64,000 nucleotides of DNA. Origin: a virus. Numbering within the stretch: the stretch's first letter is position 1; each line of letters begins with the position of its first letter. Below, piece after piece: positions 21,226 to 32,164 of the stretch. Position numbers and translations under genes: made by a program. The stretch lies in the IMG/VR virus record IMGVR_UViG_3300007987_000009; one strand, given 5' to 3'. The notes under the pieces were generated by a model. That model saw nothing but the letters and a program-made list of their open reading frames with translations. It made no database searches and was not told where the DNA came from.

Positions 21226-22184
21226 ACCGTCTCTTAGTGGTTGATTCTAACAACCTCATACATATCGAATTTCACAACAATAAGGGTTTTGACGGTGGAA
21301 AGGCGGCTGTCGATCTTGCTATATCTCAATTCATTTTACGGCTAAATTATCTGAGAATGAATTATAAACCAACCACGATCATTCTGTGTTTTGATTCTCT
21401 GTCAAATTGGAGAAAAAAATATACAAAGACAACAGCGGCCATAACCAATAAAGTCTACAAAGAGAACCGTACAAAAAAATTGTCTAAGAAAGAGAAAGAA
21501 ATTAAAATATACTTGGACCAGAAAATAGACGAACTTGCAGCCGCCCTCAGAAATAACACTAAACTGTTTGTTTTGTGTAAAGACGGGATCGAATGCGATG
21601 ATTTCGTGGGTGGGGTTTGTCAAATTTATGGGGGCCAGCCGGGGGTTGAACTCAAGTTGGTTTCTTCAGACAAAGACTATATCCAACTTCTCAGACACGA
21701 AAATGTCGAAATTGTAAACCCACTAAAAAACGGAAAAAAAAGAAGTCTAAAAGATTTCAACAATGACCCCGACTTATACATTTTTGAAAAGTGCATCCGT
21801 GGTGACAGCAAAGACAATGTTCGGTCTAGTTATCCGAGGCTTCAAAGAAAAAAACTCGTAGAAGCTTTTTATGATGATTACAAAATGCAGAATTTGATGG
21901 AACATGAGTTTGAGGAAACCATTTATGACGAACACAAGGAAGAATACACAAACGTGAAGTTCAAAGTAAGAGACCTTTTTGAAGAAAACCGTTTGCTACT
22001 GGATCTCGAATCGCAACCTGATGAAATCAAAGAAGAGATATTTGATGAAATTGAACGAGAACTGTGTTCTAAGAAAAAAATGAGTATACCATACTTTTTG
22101 AGATATCTGGGAAAAAACGACATGAAAAATGTCATTTCTTCGATGACCAGAATCACAGATACTCTAGCCAATAAACCGTATTAG
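21222..22184 (+). CDS. rnh: T4 RNase H-like 5'-3' exonuclease
   Basis: VVDSNN, NWRK, YKENR, ECDD, SSDKDYIQL, GDSKDNV. Confidence 0.9.
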   Translation: MNRLLVVDSNNLIHIEFHNNKGFDGGKAAVDLAISQFILRLNYLRMNYKPTTIILCFDSLSNWRKKYTKTTAAITNKVYKENRTKKLSKKEKEIKIYLDQKIDELAAALRNNTKLFVLCKDGIECDDFVGGVCQIYGGQPGVELKLVSSDKDYIQLLRHENVEIVNPLKNGKKRSLKDFNNDPDLYIFEKCIRGDSKDNVRSSYPRLQRKKLVEAFYDDYKMQNLMEHEFEETIYDEHKEEYTNVKFKVRDLFEENRLLLDLESQPDEIKEEIFDEIERELCSKKKMSIPYFLRYLGKNDMKNVISSMTRITDTLANKPY

Positions 22185-22187
22185 CAT

Positions 22188-22643
22188 CTATTCGCCGTCT
22201 TTTCTTCTGGTTTCGCCGCCACCAAACCAATTTTGTTCATTTTCGGGTCTAACCGAACGCTGATCTGATTCTGGTTGATAATAATCGCTTTTACTTTTCG
22301 TGAAGCTCCATTTGGGTCCGGAATTTAGGTAAAGGCCGATGACGGCAGTAGACAGTCCTACGATAATGGTTACGAAGCTGGTTTGCGAGACGGTCGGACC
22401 TCCTACAACTGCAATGACGGTACAGGCCATCTCTGTGGCTTGTACTGGGTCTATCTCTGCATCTATTAGCGTTTTCAAGATGTTGTTATCACAACGGGTT
22501 TCTTCAAAAAGACTAATAGATTTGTACCACTGGTACATGTTGTATACTAAGACGCCATACATGAATAACAAGATTCTTGGAATTATCCTCAAAGAATCAA
22601 AGGCTTTGGCAAAGTCTAAGATGAAATCGGTTATTTTTTGCAT
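22188..22643 (-). CDS. Membrane protein with two hydrophobic segments
   Basis: RIIPRILLFMYGVLVY and SFVTIIVGLSTAVIGLY. Confidence 0.65.
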   Translation of the reverse strand: MQKITDFILDFAKAFDSLRIIPRILLFMYGVLVYNMYQWYKSISLFEETRCDNNILKTLIDAEIDPVQATEMACTVIAVVGGPTVSQTSFVTIIVGLSTAVIGLYLNSGPKWSFTKSKSDYYQPESDQRSVRPENEQNWFGGGETRRKDGE

Positions 22644-22677
22644 GGATAAATATCCTCAGTTGTAGTATTTATTTTGA

Positions 22678-23451
22678 ATGCCCAAGAAATCCAAGAATCC
22701 TAGGGGAAGACCCAGAAAGAAAAAGAAGAAGGGTACACCCGGAAGGCCCAAAATATGTATGCCTTTTGAGGATGCCGTGGCTCTTGTTCGCCAAGAAAAC
22801 ATCCAGTCATTTCGAGATTATCTGAAATGGTATGAGTTCCATGCCCCGGCCAGAATACCCAAGAGACCGGATAGGGCGTACCTCAAAGAATGGAAGGGGT
22901 GGGGGTACTATTTGGGAAACTACAACGAATCAGTTCCACAGTATCGCACTAAGAAATTTAGACCCTATGAAGATGCTAAAACATACGCCCATCATTTAGG
23001 ATTTACCTCCTTGGTACAATGGCATGCTTTCTGCAAGACCGGACAAAAGCCGGAAGACATCCCCGCGAGACCAGATATCCATTACAAAAAGACTGGTGAG
23101 TGGTTTACTTGGACCGATTTTCTAGGAACCAGAATAAATCATCGGCTAGATCATATACAAGAAAGACAACAATATTTCTATATTGCACAATACCCAAATC
23201 CAGCGTTTTACAATGTGTACGCTTTTGGTACTACAATTTCTGTCATAAACACTTTACGAGACGAAGACTTTAAGGTTTTAAAAATTTATGAGATGCATGA
23301 AGATTTTGATTGGGTGGATGTTGTCGACACTCACGGAGAGCAGTTTTATGGTAGTGGAAGACCCGACGAGTACTTAATAAGAAACCCCGGAGCTTTTCTT
23401 TCCGAGGTGTCTCTTGAACTTGTGGAAGTACCTATTAATAGTTTCAATTAA
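22678..23451 (+). CDS. Protein with two integrase-repeat-like units, probable DNA binder
   Basis: Repeated (F/Y)EDA..W..IP.RPD..Y..W..W..LG; GRP-rich basic N-terminus. Confidence 0.6.
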   Translation: MPKKSKNPRGRPRKKKKKGTPGRPKICMPFEDAVALVRQENIQSFRDYLKWYEFHAPARIPKRPDRAYLKEWKGWGYYLGNYNESVPQYRTKKFRPYEDAKTYAHHLGFTSLVQWHAFCKTGQKPEDIPARPDIHYKKTGEWFTWTDFLGTRINHRLDHIQERQQYFYIAQYPNPAFYNVYAFGTTISVINTLRDEDFKVLKIYEMHEDFDWVDVVDTHGEQFYGSGRPDEYLIRNPGAFLSEVSLELVEVPINSFN

Positions 23452-23903
23452 TGGGTTTCGATTTCTTCATATTCATCTGAGTTTTCGTTCTTCTTAATTT
23501 GCACAAAAGCGGAATGAGCTTCTCTGATGATAGGTCTGTGTAAAACCCTGCCTATTTCTTGAAACTGCTCTAAAGTCAACCAATGGGTACTTTCTGTTTC
23601 ATAATGTGGCTTATTAAAATCATTGATGTCTTCAACTTCACATATGTACAAATGGGTTCTTCCCAAGAATTCACCTAAATAATAATACCACAATACGTTA
23701 CTTTCTTTTAGTCCCAATTCTTCTTCAGCCTCGCGCACTGCGGCATCTTCGTGGTTTTCTCCATTTTCTATTCTACCTTTGCAAAACTGAGGATCACTAC
23801 CACCGTAAGTTTGATCACTGGGAACCATAAAGTTCATTAAAACAGTCCCATCTTCTTGGACAAAGAACGGAATCATCCCGGCTCTGTATATTTTTTGTTT
23901 CAT
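23448..23903 (-). CDS. Nudix hydrolase
   Basis: Nudix box GRIENGENHEDAAVREAEEELG. Confidence 0.92.
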   Translation of the reverse strand: MKQKIYRAGMIPFFVQEDGTVLMNFMVPSDQTYGGSDPQFCKGRIENGENHEDAAVREAEEELGLKESNVLWYYYLGEFLGRTHLYICEVEDINDFNKPHYETESTHWLTLEQFQEIGRVLHRPIIREAHSAFVQIKKNENSDEYEEIETH

Positions 23904-24017
23904 AAATTTCTCCTAATGTAAAAAGTAGTATACCAAATTTCACGCTTTTTTTCAAGTACTAAATAATCGTGAAATTCAAAATTGTTCACTGGAACTATTT
24001 AAAAGGAGTTAAAGAAC

Positions 24018-24461
24018 ATGAAATACAGACATTACGTTTCTATGGACCTATATGGTAACGGAATTGGATACAACGTGGTAATCGTCAAGGAAGAAGAAAG
24101 CAATGGAGACGTTTACTTCATCAAGGAAGAAGATCTTGATAGAATAGACAGAAGTAGAATGCGTCAGATTCTTTCTAAGCGAAACGCGGACCAATACCCC
24201 CTATGGGATTTGATGGCACAGACCACCCTTAAAAATGGTGTTAATGCTCTGGAGTATTTCCACCAGTTAGTACAGGTTAGAACGGCGTCCGGTCAGATCA
24301 TCCCACCTTCTTCTGCAAGACAGGGTATGCGTCGGCCTATAGTTCAACAGAGACCGCCGCAAAAGGTACAGGAATCTTCCAAAAATACTGAGGCGGCTTC
24401 AGCTTCAACCTCTACTTCGAAAAAGAGTCCGGGAAGACCCAAGAAGTCGTCTAACTCCTAA
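24018..24461 (+). CDS. Hypothetical protein
   Basis: AAGGAG RBS, TAAATA upstream, C-terminal PGRPKK. Confidence 0.75.
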   Translation: MKYRHYVSMDLYGNGIGYNVVIVKEEESNGDVYFIKEEDLDRIDRSRMRQILSKRNADQYPLWDLMAQTTLKNGVNALEYFHQLVQVRTASGQIIPPSSARQGMRRPIVQQRPPQKVQESSKNTEAASASTSTSKKSPGRPKKSSNS

Positions 24462-24494
24462 AATATACCTCCACTGCCTCGGGGGTTAGATGAG

Positions 24495-24522
24495 AGAGAG
24501 GGCTTTCGCCCTCTCTTTTTTT
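24495..24522 (+). terminator. Intrinsic terminator
   Basis: AGAGAGGGC-TTTC-GCCCTCTCTTTTTTT. Confidence 0.9.
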
Positions 24523-24559
24523 GCCTAAATAAATAAGAAATATACTGTAAAGGCAAGAC

Positions 24560-25954
24560 ATGAAAGAAACAATCTTCGTCCAAATAGCAAGCTATCGTGA
24601 TCCTGAATTAATACCCACTCTAATCGACATAACCAAACAGGCAGACAGGCCGGAGAACCTTAAGATAGTAGTATGCTGGCAGCATGGTGAGGAACAAGCC
24701 ACGGAAGACTTTCTTGACGCCGGAATAGAGATAACCGAGGTACTAACATACCATCACGCAGAGGTTGACGGAACTGTGACAGATTTCCATGTTCTAAGAA
24801 CGGAATTGCGGGGTGCAGTCATCGACTTTATTGACGTTGATTACACTTTGGCACGGGGTGCATGTTGGGCTAGACACATGATACAACAACACTATGTTGA
24901 TGAAATCTACACTCTTCAACTCGATTCCCATCACAGGTTCGTTGAGGGTTGGGACACTATTCTAATTAACATGCTAAACCAGTGCAAAAAACATTCTAAA
25001 AAGCCGGTTCTTACCGGATACATTCCTTCTTATAATCCGGAGAAAGACCCGGAAGGAAGAGTACAAGTTCCGTGGCAAACCAACTTTGATCGCTTTATCC
25101 CAGAGAGTCCAGTATTCTTCATTCCATCCGAGATGAAGGATTGGAAAGAGAAGAAAGAACCTATCAGGGCTAGATTCTATTCGGGCCATTTTGCCTTTGC
25201 GGATGGGAGCTTTGCAGTTGATGTTCAACATGATCCCGAATACTTCTTCCACGGGGAAGAAATATCTATCGCGGCTAGGGCGTTCACTCATGGTTATGAT
25301 CTATACACGCCACATAAAATCGTAGCATGGCACGAATATACTCGAAAGGGAAGAACCAAGGTCTGGGACGATCATACCACCGACATGAAGAAAACGGGTG
25401 TGATTGAAAAAGACTGGGTAGAGCGGAATGAACTTTGTCACAAGAGGAATAAAATCTTATTTGGGATGGATGGAGAAAACCCTAATCAAATTGATTTTGG
25501 AAAGTATGGATTCGGGGCAGAAAGAACTGTTCGAGAATATGAAGAGTATGCGGGTATTAGCTTCGAATACCGGGGGGTCCAGCAAGCGACATTAGATCAG
25601 ACTGAACCCCCAGTGAATTACCCGTATGAGACAGAAGAAGAGTGGAAGAACTCTTTTGCTCGATCCAACGACATCAGAATATGTGTCCATAAAAACGAGT
25701 TTCCAAAATGTTTTGAGGATGGTAAACTTATAGACGACATAGATTTCTGTTATGTGGGAGCACACGATTCTGGTGAAGTAGAAATTCAGAGAAAAGATTT
25801 AAGTTCTAATGAATTTAAAAGACACATAAATTCAGACAATGGTTGGATTGACTACCGGTTTATATTTGTATCTACCAGAATACCTAAAAGCTATACATTG
25901 TGGCCACATAGTAAAAGCAGGGGTTGGTTGGGTAAAGTAAAAAAAGATGTTTAG
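24560..25954 (+). CDS. GT60-like GlcNAc transferase
   Basis: TIFVQIASYRD, GACWAR, LQLDSHHRF, FFHGEE, RAFTHGYD. Confidence 0.85.
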   Translation: MKETIFVQIASYRDPELIPTLIDITKQADRPENLKIVVCWQHGEEQATEDFLDAGIEITEVLTYHHAEVDGTVTDFHVLRTELRGAVIDFIDVDYTLARGACWARHMIQQHYVDEIYTLQLDSHHRFVEGWDTILINMLNQCKKHSKKPVLTGYIPSYNPEKDPEGRVQVPWQTNFDRFIPESPVFFIPSEMKDWKEKKEPIRARFYSGHFAFADGSFAVDVQHDPEYFFHGEEISIAARAFTHGYDLYTPHKIVAWHEYTRKGRTKVWDDHTTDMKKTGVIEKDWVERNELCHKRNKILFGMDGENPNQIDFGKYGFGAERTVREYEEYAGISFEYRGVQQATLDQTEPPVNYPYETEEEWKNSFARSNDIRICVHKNEFPKCFEDGKLIDDIDFCYVGAHDSGEVEIQRKDLSSNEFKRHINSDNGWIDYRFIFVSTRIPKSYTLWPHSKSRGWLGKVKKDV

Positions 25955-26064
25955 AAATTAACACGTTGGGGTGAAATAATTCTACTTCAATTGAAATAGT
26001 GTTCTCGGGTGGAAAACATGCTAGAATATTGCAATATGCGATTGTAGGGGTAATAAGTACAAAC

Positions 26065-26862
26065 ATGAGAGTTTTGAAAGTCAACTATGTTACAGGTTCT
26101 AATTTCGGGGATTGTGTTTTTCCATATATGCTTAATAAAATGGGAATACCCTTTCAACGAGTAGATCACAACGAGGAATATAAAGTAATTTCCACAGGCT
26201 CCATATTGGGAGTTGGTACTAAGCGGAATACAATGGTTGGGGGTAGCGGAATAATAAGTGCTTCGACAAATGTAGAACCAGATGGAATATTTTTTTTAGT
26301 TAGGGGTAAACACTCCGCAAACAAGATAAGAAAAGACGTACCCTTGGGGGACCCGGCTATAGCACTGTCCAAGTTTTACAAGCCGAGTAACAAAAATAAA
26401 AAATACGAAGTAGGTTTAATACCACACCAAATACATTTTGATCGAATAGTTGAAGAAGTTAAAGAGCTAAAAAAAGATTATCACATAATTGATCCGAGTA
26501 CCCGTTACGGTAAAAATTTCGAAAATTATATAGATCAGGTCAATTTATGCGAGAGAATAATAAGTACTAGCCTACATGGATTGATTACTGCACATGCATA
26601 TGGAATTCCGGCCATAGCATATCATTATGATAATCGTTTGATGGGAGATAACATCAAATTCCAAGATTACTATTCGGTGTGGCCAGAATTTGAAGATTCT
26701 AATGTGGATGAAGTTTTAGAATATTGTACGGTTGCTGATTTAGATAGCGTAGAAAGATTCTGGTCACCGAGTCCAAATCAAATAAATATGCGGTCAGATA
26801 CTATAATGGATAGCTGTCCTTTTTTGGCGGAATTGGGTTGTAACTATTATTCAGAGAACTAA
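26065..26862 (+). CDS. Polysaccharide pyruvyl transferase family protein
   Basis: NFGD, GSIL, VRG, LGDPA, STSLHGLITAHAYGIP, KFQDYY. Confidence 0.88.
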   Translation: MRVLKVNYVTGSNFGDCVFPYMLNKMGIPFQRVDHNEEYKVISTGSILGVGTKRNTMVGGSGIISASTNVEPDGIFFLVRGKHSANKIRKDVPLGDPAIALSKFYKPSNKNKKYEVGLIPHQIHFDRIVEEVKELKKDYHIIDPSTRYGKNFENYIDQVNLCERIISTSLHGLITAHAYGIPAIAYHYDNRLMGDNIKFQDYYSVWPEFEDSNVDEVLEYCTVADLDSVERFWSPSPNQINMRSDTIMDSCPFLAELGCNYYSEN

Positions 26863-26864
26863 TT

Positions 26865-28469
26865 ATGGGTACCAAACCAAACATAACATACGTAACGGCT
26901 CTTTATGATTTAGGAAGAGACAAATTAAATGAGTCATTTTCTAGAAATATGGAACATTATTTAAATTCTTTTAAGAAACTTCTGGAAAAAGACATAAACT
27001 TGGTGATATTTTGTGAAAAAAAATTAGAAGACTTTATTTGGAAGTACAGGAATAAATCTAACACCCATATTGTTATAAAACCCGTAGAAAGTTCTTTCAA
27101 AAAACAGATAGAACAGGTTAGAAGCAATCCGAGTTGGTATAAACAGGCACGATGGTTAGAAAATAGTCCACAAGCAAAATTGGAAAATTACAACCCTTTA
27201 GTAATGAGTAAGCAATTCATGCTCAATGATTCTGCTATATGGAATCATTTCAACGCGGACTATTTTTTCTGGATAGATGCTGGAATTTCAAACACTTTAA
27301 ATCTTGGTTATTTCGATGAACCACATTTCGAACAGCGTTTAATACGAAAAGTTCAGAACAATAAAATGCTATATCTGGCTTTCCCGTATGACGGACAAAT
27401 CGAGGTCCACGGTTTTAAAAAGTCAGGAATGGACAAATACGCCGGTACCGATACGAAGTATGTTTGTCGTGGAGGCTTTTTTGGAGGCTCTAAGACCTCC
27501 ATAGAGCGAGTTAACGGGGTTTATTATCATATGCTCCAAACCACCCTAGAAAATGGCTACATGGGGACGGAGGAAAGTGTATTCACTATTATCTCATACA
27601 CAAACAAGGATTTATTCAACGTAGAGATGATTGAGCCGAATGGGTTGATATACAAGTTCTTTGAAGACCTCAAAAAGATAGAGATATCAGAATCCGAAGA
27701 CATGGCCCTGTACTTTTTAACCTTTAACGCACCAGAGCAAATCGAAAAGCAGTTTGAGATATTTGATAGAACGTTCAAGAGATTCTTCGGAGAGAGTAAG
27801 AAGTATTTGATCAACAATTCTACAGATCGTAAGCACGATTCCGCCTATTCCAAACTGTGTGAAAAATACAACGTTCACCAGTTCAAGTTTGATAACATTG
27901 GAATCACTGGTGGTAGAAGATTCGCCGCAGAACACTTTAATGAATCAAAGCATCGTTACATGATTTTCTTTGAAGATGATATGGTCATGAACGAGAAAGA
28001 TGGAATATGCAAAACTGGTTTCAAAAATAAAGACTCCGATCTTTTTAACAAGGCCACTACAATTCTAGAAGAAAACCAGTTAGACTATTTAAAACTCACT
28101 TTTAGTGAGTTTTTTGGTGACAACTTTAAAAACTGGACATGGCACAATATTTCTGGGAACGAAAAACAGACATATTTAGAGAATGATGAAGTAGATGCCG
28201 ACAAAACAAGAATGTTTTACGGTGGCTCTTATAGGGGATTACCTTATATGGTGGGAGAGTTTTTTTATTGCAACTGGCCCATTTTGTTTTCCAAAGAAGG
28301 TAGTCGAAAAGTATTCATGGGTCACAAAATTTCTCATGAGGCCGGGTTGATGACAAACACCCAAAAAGAAATTAGGACGGGGAACATAAAAGCGGGATGC
28401 CTGTTGGCATCCCCTATTACACATCACAGGTTTGTACACTATCCGGCTTCTGCCAGAAAAGAGAGTTAA
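26865..28469 (+). CDS. HtrL/YibB-like glycosyltransferase fused to a second GT-A domain
   Basis: TYVTALYDLGR, FFWIDAG, CRGGFFGG; second domain FFEDD. Confidence 0.75.
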   Translation: MGTKPNITYVTALYDLGRDKLNESFSRNMEHYLNSFKKLLEKDINLVIFCEKKLEDFIWKYRNKSNTHIVIKPVESSFKKQIEQVRSNPSWYKQARWLENSPQAKLENYNPLVMSKQFMLNDSAIWNHFNADYFFWIDAGISNTLNLGYFDEPHFEQRLIRKVQNNKMLYLAFPYDGQIEVHGFKKSGMDKYAGTDTKYVCRGGFFGGSKTSIERVNGVYYHMLQTTLENGYMGTEESVFTIISYTNKDLFNVEMIEPNGLIYKFFEDLKKIEISESEDMALYFLTFNAPEQIEKQFEIFDRTFKRFFGESKKYLINNSTDRKHDSAYSKLCEKYNVHQFKFDNIGITGGRRFAAEHFNESKHRYMIFFEDDMVMNEKDGICKTGFKNKDSDLFNKATTILEENQLDYLKLTFSEFFGDNFKNWTWHNISGNEKQTYLENDEVDADKTRMFYGGSYRGLPYMVGEFFYCNWPILFSKEGSRKVFMGHKISHEAGLMTNTQKEIRTGNIKAGCLLASPITHHRFVHYPASARKES

Positions 28470-29716
28470 ACGTTTTCCAGTCGAGTCGAAGTGCTTTGTG
28501 TTTGAGAAACACTAACAGTTAGGGTATATTCAATCTCAATTATTCTGTTGGCCTTTTTAAGGATAGGCGAAAATGTTATATGAGTTAGTAGTCGCTCTCT
28601 TTCATTACCGGGATTTGCCGCATCGTTTTGTACGCCAGCATTAACCCCGGTACTTAATGACGTATCAACTTTAGTACAATCGCCGGTCAACGCAAATAGA
28701 AAATCACTACCAGAATTAGAGCACTCTAATTGTAATGTTGCAGTGGAACCCTGAAGTACACTTCTAAATACCAAATTTCCGAATGTCTCTTCCCCAGAAA
28801 TCGTAGAATACGTAGACCCTCCCTCTTGGTCCGTGATCAAAACAGTCAAATCGTTGTCCAACTCTGTGGTATCGCCACCAGTTAACCAAGCACCAGTGTT
28901 TATTCCCTCACAGAGATCACCGTAGGTAACTTCTCCACCAGAACCAGAACCGGAGCCGGGTATAGTTATTTCTACCGTGCGAGCTTGGCCCTGTACTTCG
29001 TAGTTGAAATTGTAGAAATTGCCAAACATAGAAGCCGGGATTGAGTCGCTAGATATCTTATTGTTGACATTCACGACGGATTCGGCGGGACTAGCACTAG
29101 CGGGTTGGCCGCGTGTGTAGAAACCTAGTTCATCGAATTCAAAAGTTTTTTCCGAGTCGGTAATAGTGCTATCTACTGTCACTCCCGGCAATTGCGTGGT
29201 CGGTTCGTTTTGATTAATGAACATTCTGGCAACAATGTTAGATTTTCGTCCCACTTCTACAGAAGTAACACCACCACCACCGGGGTCATCACTAGGAACA
29301 GCGCCACCACCCGGTCGGGTAGAATTCGGTCCATATGAACCGGGGTCCGTACCAAATTCACTATTTTCGAAAAATTCATATTCCCCTGCGGTTAACTCCC
29401 AGTTGCCTTCATCGATTATTTCAGAATAAGTCTCGTTGTAGAGTCTAGATTCCCAACCGTCACCTCTGGTACCGTCATTAGGAGGGTTTAATATAGTGAC
29501 TTCTCCCGCGTCAGTGAAACTACCGCCGTTCCCAAAAGCTATTCTGTGTATGAAATGGTTTGGTTCGTTGGCCAGACCTTTAGCAATAACCCTAGCCATA
29601 TTTTGAGAATGAACGGCGTTGCTTTTATCTAAAAGGTTCAATTTTTCGCCGGTATCCGGGTTGATTTCATTGAGTACAACTCGCGTACTGAATTCTACGT
29701 TAATACGTTCTTTCAT
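28466..29716 (-). CDS. Virion structural protein (tail/baseplate-associated)
   Basis: IAFGNGG, FDELGFY, THITFSPILK..IEYTL; G/S/T-rich. Confidence 0.55.
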   Translation of the reverse strand: MKERINVEFSTRVVLNEINPDTGEKLNLLDKSNAVHSQNMARVIAKGLANEPNHFIHRIAFGNGGSFTDAGEVTILNPPNDGTRGDGWESRLYNETYSEIIDEGNWELTAGEYEFFENSEFGTDPGSYGPNSTRPGGGAVPSDDPGGGGVTSVEVGRKSNIVARMFINQNEPTTQLPGVTVDSTITDSEKTFEFDELGFYTRGQPASASPAESVVNVNNKISSDSIPASMFGNFYNFNYEVQGQARTVEITIPGSGSGSGGEVTYGDLCEGINTGAWLTGGDTTELDNDLTVLITDQEGGSTYSTISGEETFGNLVFRSVLQGSTATLQLECSNSGSDFLFALTGDCTKVDTSLSTGVNAGVQNDAANPGNERERLLTHITFSPILKKANRIIEIEYTLTVSVSQTQSTSTRLENV

Positions 29717-29815
29717 GGATTTGTTTGATAACTTGTCTATCTTTATTTATAACTTGGGATTATATTTGACTCCAGTTGTCACAAGTCTATAAAATATGTA
29801 AATACTCCCAGAAAA

Positions 29816-30823
29816 ATGGTAAAAACAATGAACACGAAGTGTTTGGACAAGATTAAAGAGCATTGTGGCGATTTGGATTTTCAATGCTTGTCACAAATGG
29901 ATTATTACCTTGTGGGACAAGAATGCTATCAAGAGGTACAAAAATTAATGCAGAAACAAAATTCAGTATTTTTCGACGGAGAATACAATAGAGTGGGACA
30001 AAAACTTCTAGAAGAGGGTATTTGGGTTTACAACAAAAGAACCGGAAAACGGTGTCTCACTATACGAGCCGAGATGACAAAATATGATATGTCCGATACC
30101 GATGCATTTCCACTTCTTACGACCAAGAAGATGGATATTCGTCCTATTGCGGCAGAACTGATAGGATTCATTAAAGGACACGACAGCGCCGCTCTGTTTA
30201 GAGAAGAGGGCTGCAAAATTTGGGATGCGAACGCAAACGACAACGAGCAGTGGTTAAATAATCCAAGCAGAAAAGGACAAGATGATCTTGGTAGGATTTA
30301 CGGAGTACAGGCTAGAGATTGGAAGAGACCAGACGGTGGAAGTGTCGATCAGTTGTCCATGTGCATCTCCAAGATCAGTAAAGGTATCGATGATCGTAGA
30401 CTGATTGTAACCCATTGGAACCCCGGTGAACTGGACAAAATGGCACTCCCTCCGTGTCATATTACATATATGTTTACAATCTTGGATGGATACTTACACA
30501 TGACTATGGTCCAAAGGTCTTGTGACTACCCGTTGGGAGTCCCGTACAACATAGCAAGCTACGCCCTGCTACTCCGTATAGTCGCTAACATGACCAATCT
30601 GAAGACTGGAGAACTTTCTCACGTAATGCACAACATCCACATTTATGAGGACCAAATAGAACTTTTCCGGGAACAAATGGAGCGTGAAATTAAACCTTCA
30701 CCAACTATAAAAGTCCCTACTTATGATAACCTGAGAGAATTTTGTGAAAACGCAACGAAAGATTCTTTTGTTATATCAGATTATGACCCTCTTCCGGCTA
30801 TCAATTTTCCGTTCAGTGTCTAA
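29816..30823 (+). CDS. thyA: Thymidylate synthase
   Basis: FPLLTTKK, DLGRIYGVQ, MALPPCH, QRSCDYPLGVPYN, HIY. Confidence 0.96.
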   Translation: MVKTMNTKCLDKIKEHCGDLDFQCLSQMDYYLVGQECYQEVQKLMQKQNSVFFDGEYNRVGQKLLEEGIWVYNKRTGKRCLTIRAEMTKYDMSDTDAFPLLTTKKMDIRPIAAELIGFIKGHDSAALFREEGCKIWDANANDNEQWLNNPSRKGQDDLGRIYGVQARDWKRPDGGSVDQLSMCISKISKGIDDRRLIVTHWNPGELDKMALPPCHITYMFTILDGYLHMTMVQRSCDYPLGVPYNIASYALLLRIVANMTNLKTGELSHVMHNIHIYEDQIELFREQMEREIKPSPTIKVPTYDNLREFCENATKDSFVISDYDPLPAINFPFSV

Positions 30824-30841
30824 GATTTACCATCACGCAAC

Positions 30842-30872
30842 GATGTCCTAGGTTGAGACTACCTAGGACATC
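30842..30872. terminator. Hairpin between convergent genes
   Basis: GATGTCCTAGGT-7nt-ACCTAGGACATC. Confidence 0.7.
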
Positions 30873-30881
30873 CAAAAACCA

Positions 30882-31541
30882 TTAGGGAAAATCGAAATCT
30901 TCCAGACTTTTTGACTGCAAAGAAGTTATATTGGTTGGTCGTGAGAAGTTGATGACTCGATGGTGTGTTCCTTTTTTCTTTAAATGTTCGGCGAGAGAGT
31001 TGAAGCAGGGTATCAGCTTATCATCATATGTTTTTTGTTTGACCACGATCCTGTATCTATTATGATAGTGGGACGAAGTTCCATCAGAAGTGCAGTCAAA
31101 GCCAAAGAGATAGATGTTTTTTGCCCCCATTTGATCCATGAGATCGATAGCACACACCCCTATATTGTTACCACACACGTCATATCTCTTTAATCTGTAG
31201 TTTGGTCCAAAAGAACATCTGGATATCATAGAATTTCGCAAATACATAATATAGTCATTTCTTTGTGGTGTATGTACTCTTCGGTCTAGATTGACTCTTA
31301 GTGCGTATTTCTGTCTTCTTTCATCCAAAAGTTTTTTATTATTTCCTTGCCAACTGGAATCCATAAACATACAAGCGAGGCATGTGTCGAAATCTTGTAG
31401 CGCAGAATTAAGACAAATGGTTCTGTCTTTAGGAATTTTGGTAACATATTCTGCTGAAGGATTGAAAGATTTTCCACCCCCGATGATGTAGATGTCTTTT
31501 CCCCCAACCTCTTTTGCAAGTTCGTCTATTAATTCAGACAT
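30882..31541 (-). CDS. DUF115/Maf-like glycosyltransferase-related protein
   Basis: IYIIGGGKS, ICLN, MGAKNIYLFGFD, HYH. Confidence 0.7.
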   Translation of the reverse strand: MSELIDELAKEVGGKDIYIIGGGKSFNPSAEYVTKIPKDRTICLNSALQDFDTCLACMFMDSSWQGNNKKLLDERRQKYALRVNLDRRVHTPQRNDYIMYLRNSMISRCSFGPNYRLKRYDVCGNNIGVCAIDLMDQMGAKNIYLFGFDCTSDGTSSHYHNRYRIVVKQKTYDDKLIPCFNSLAEHLKKKGTHHRVINFSRPTNITSLQSKSLEDFDFP

Positions 31542-31546
31542 ATCAT

Positions 31547-32164
31547 TTACTTCTTTTGTTTGTTCAATATTTTTTGTTGATATCTATCGACTTCTATATG
31601 CCATTCTTTCGGGTTTTCCCATTTCACGTTGTGTGCGGAATCGTCGTGTACTCTCCAGTATAATCCCATTCTGTCATCGCCATATACAACCCCGTGATAG
31701 ATTGATGCTAGGTTGAATAGAGTTCTTTCGCTTGTTCTGGCCAACGCGGTCGAATCAAACACACGTTCGATTATACTTCTACGATAAACTACTACATGAT
31801 GCATTTGTATATTTTGGGAAAAACCGATTGGTTTAGCTGGTTTGTGAAACCACTTGCCATAAACTTTTTTTTCCGAATCCATTACAAAATGATTAGTATA
31901 GTAGGCCGAATATCCTTTTTTGAGAACTTCTAAAGCTATTCCAAAAGTGCCGGGGACCAATATGTCGTCGTCATCCACAAAAGATACAAATTCGGAATTT
32001 CCCTCCATGATTGCTTTAACTCTGGCTAATCCTATACGACCTTCGATAAATTTTGACAAAAAAAGATTTATAGGCTCATCGTGCAAACTGTCCAAGCATT
32101 CTTTGGCATATTTTCGACCTGTTTGAATTACATGCACATCAATCATTTCTTTTCTGTATCTCAT
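31547..32164 (-). CDS. GT2-family glycosyltransferase
   Basis: CLDSL, FVSFVDDDD, YWRVH. Confidence 0.82.
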   Translation of the reverse strand: MRYRKEMIDVHVIQTGRKYAKECLDSLHDEPINLFLSKFIEGRIGLARVKAIMEGNSEFVSFVDDDDILVPGTFGIALEVLKKGYSAYYTNHFVMDSEKKVYGKWFHKPAKPIGFSQNIQMHHVVVYRRSIIERVFDSTALARTSERTLFNLASIYHGVVYGDDRMGLYWRVHDDSAHNVKWENPKEWHIEVDRYQQKILNKQKK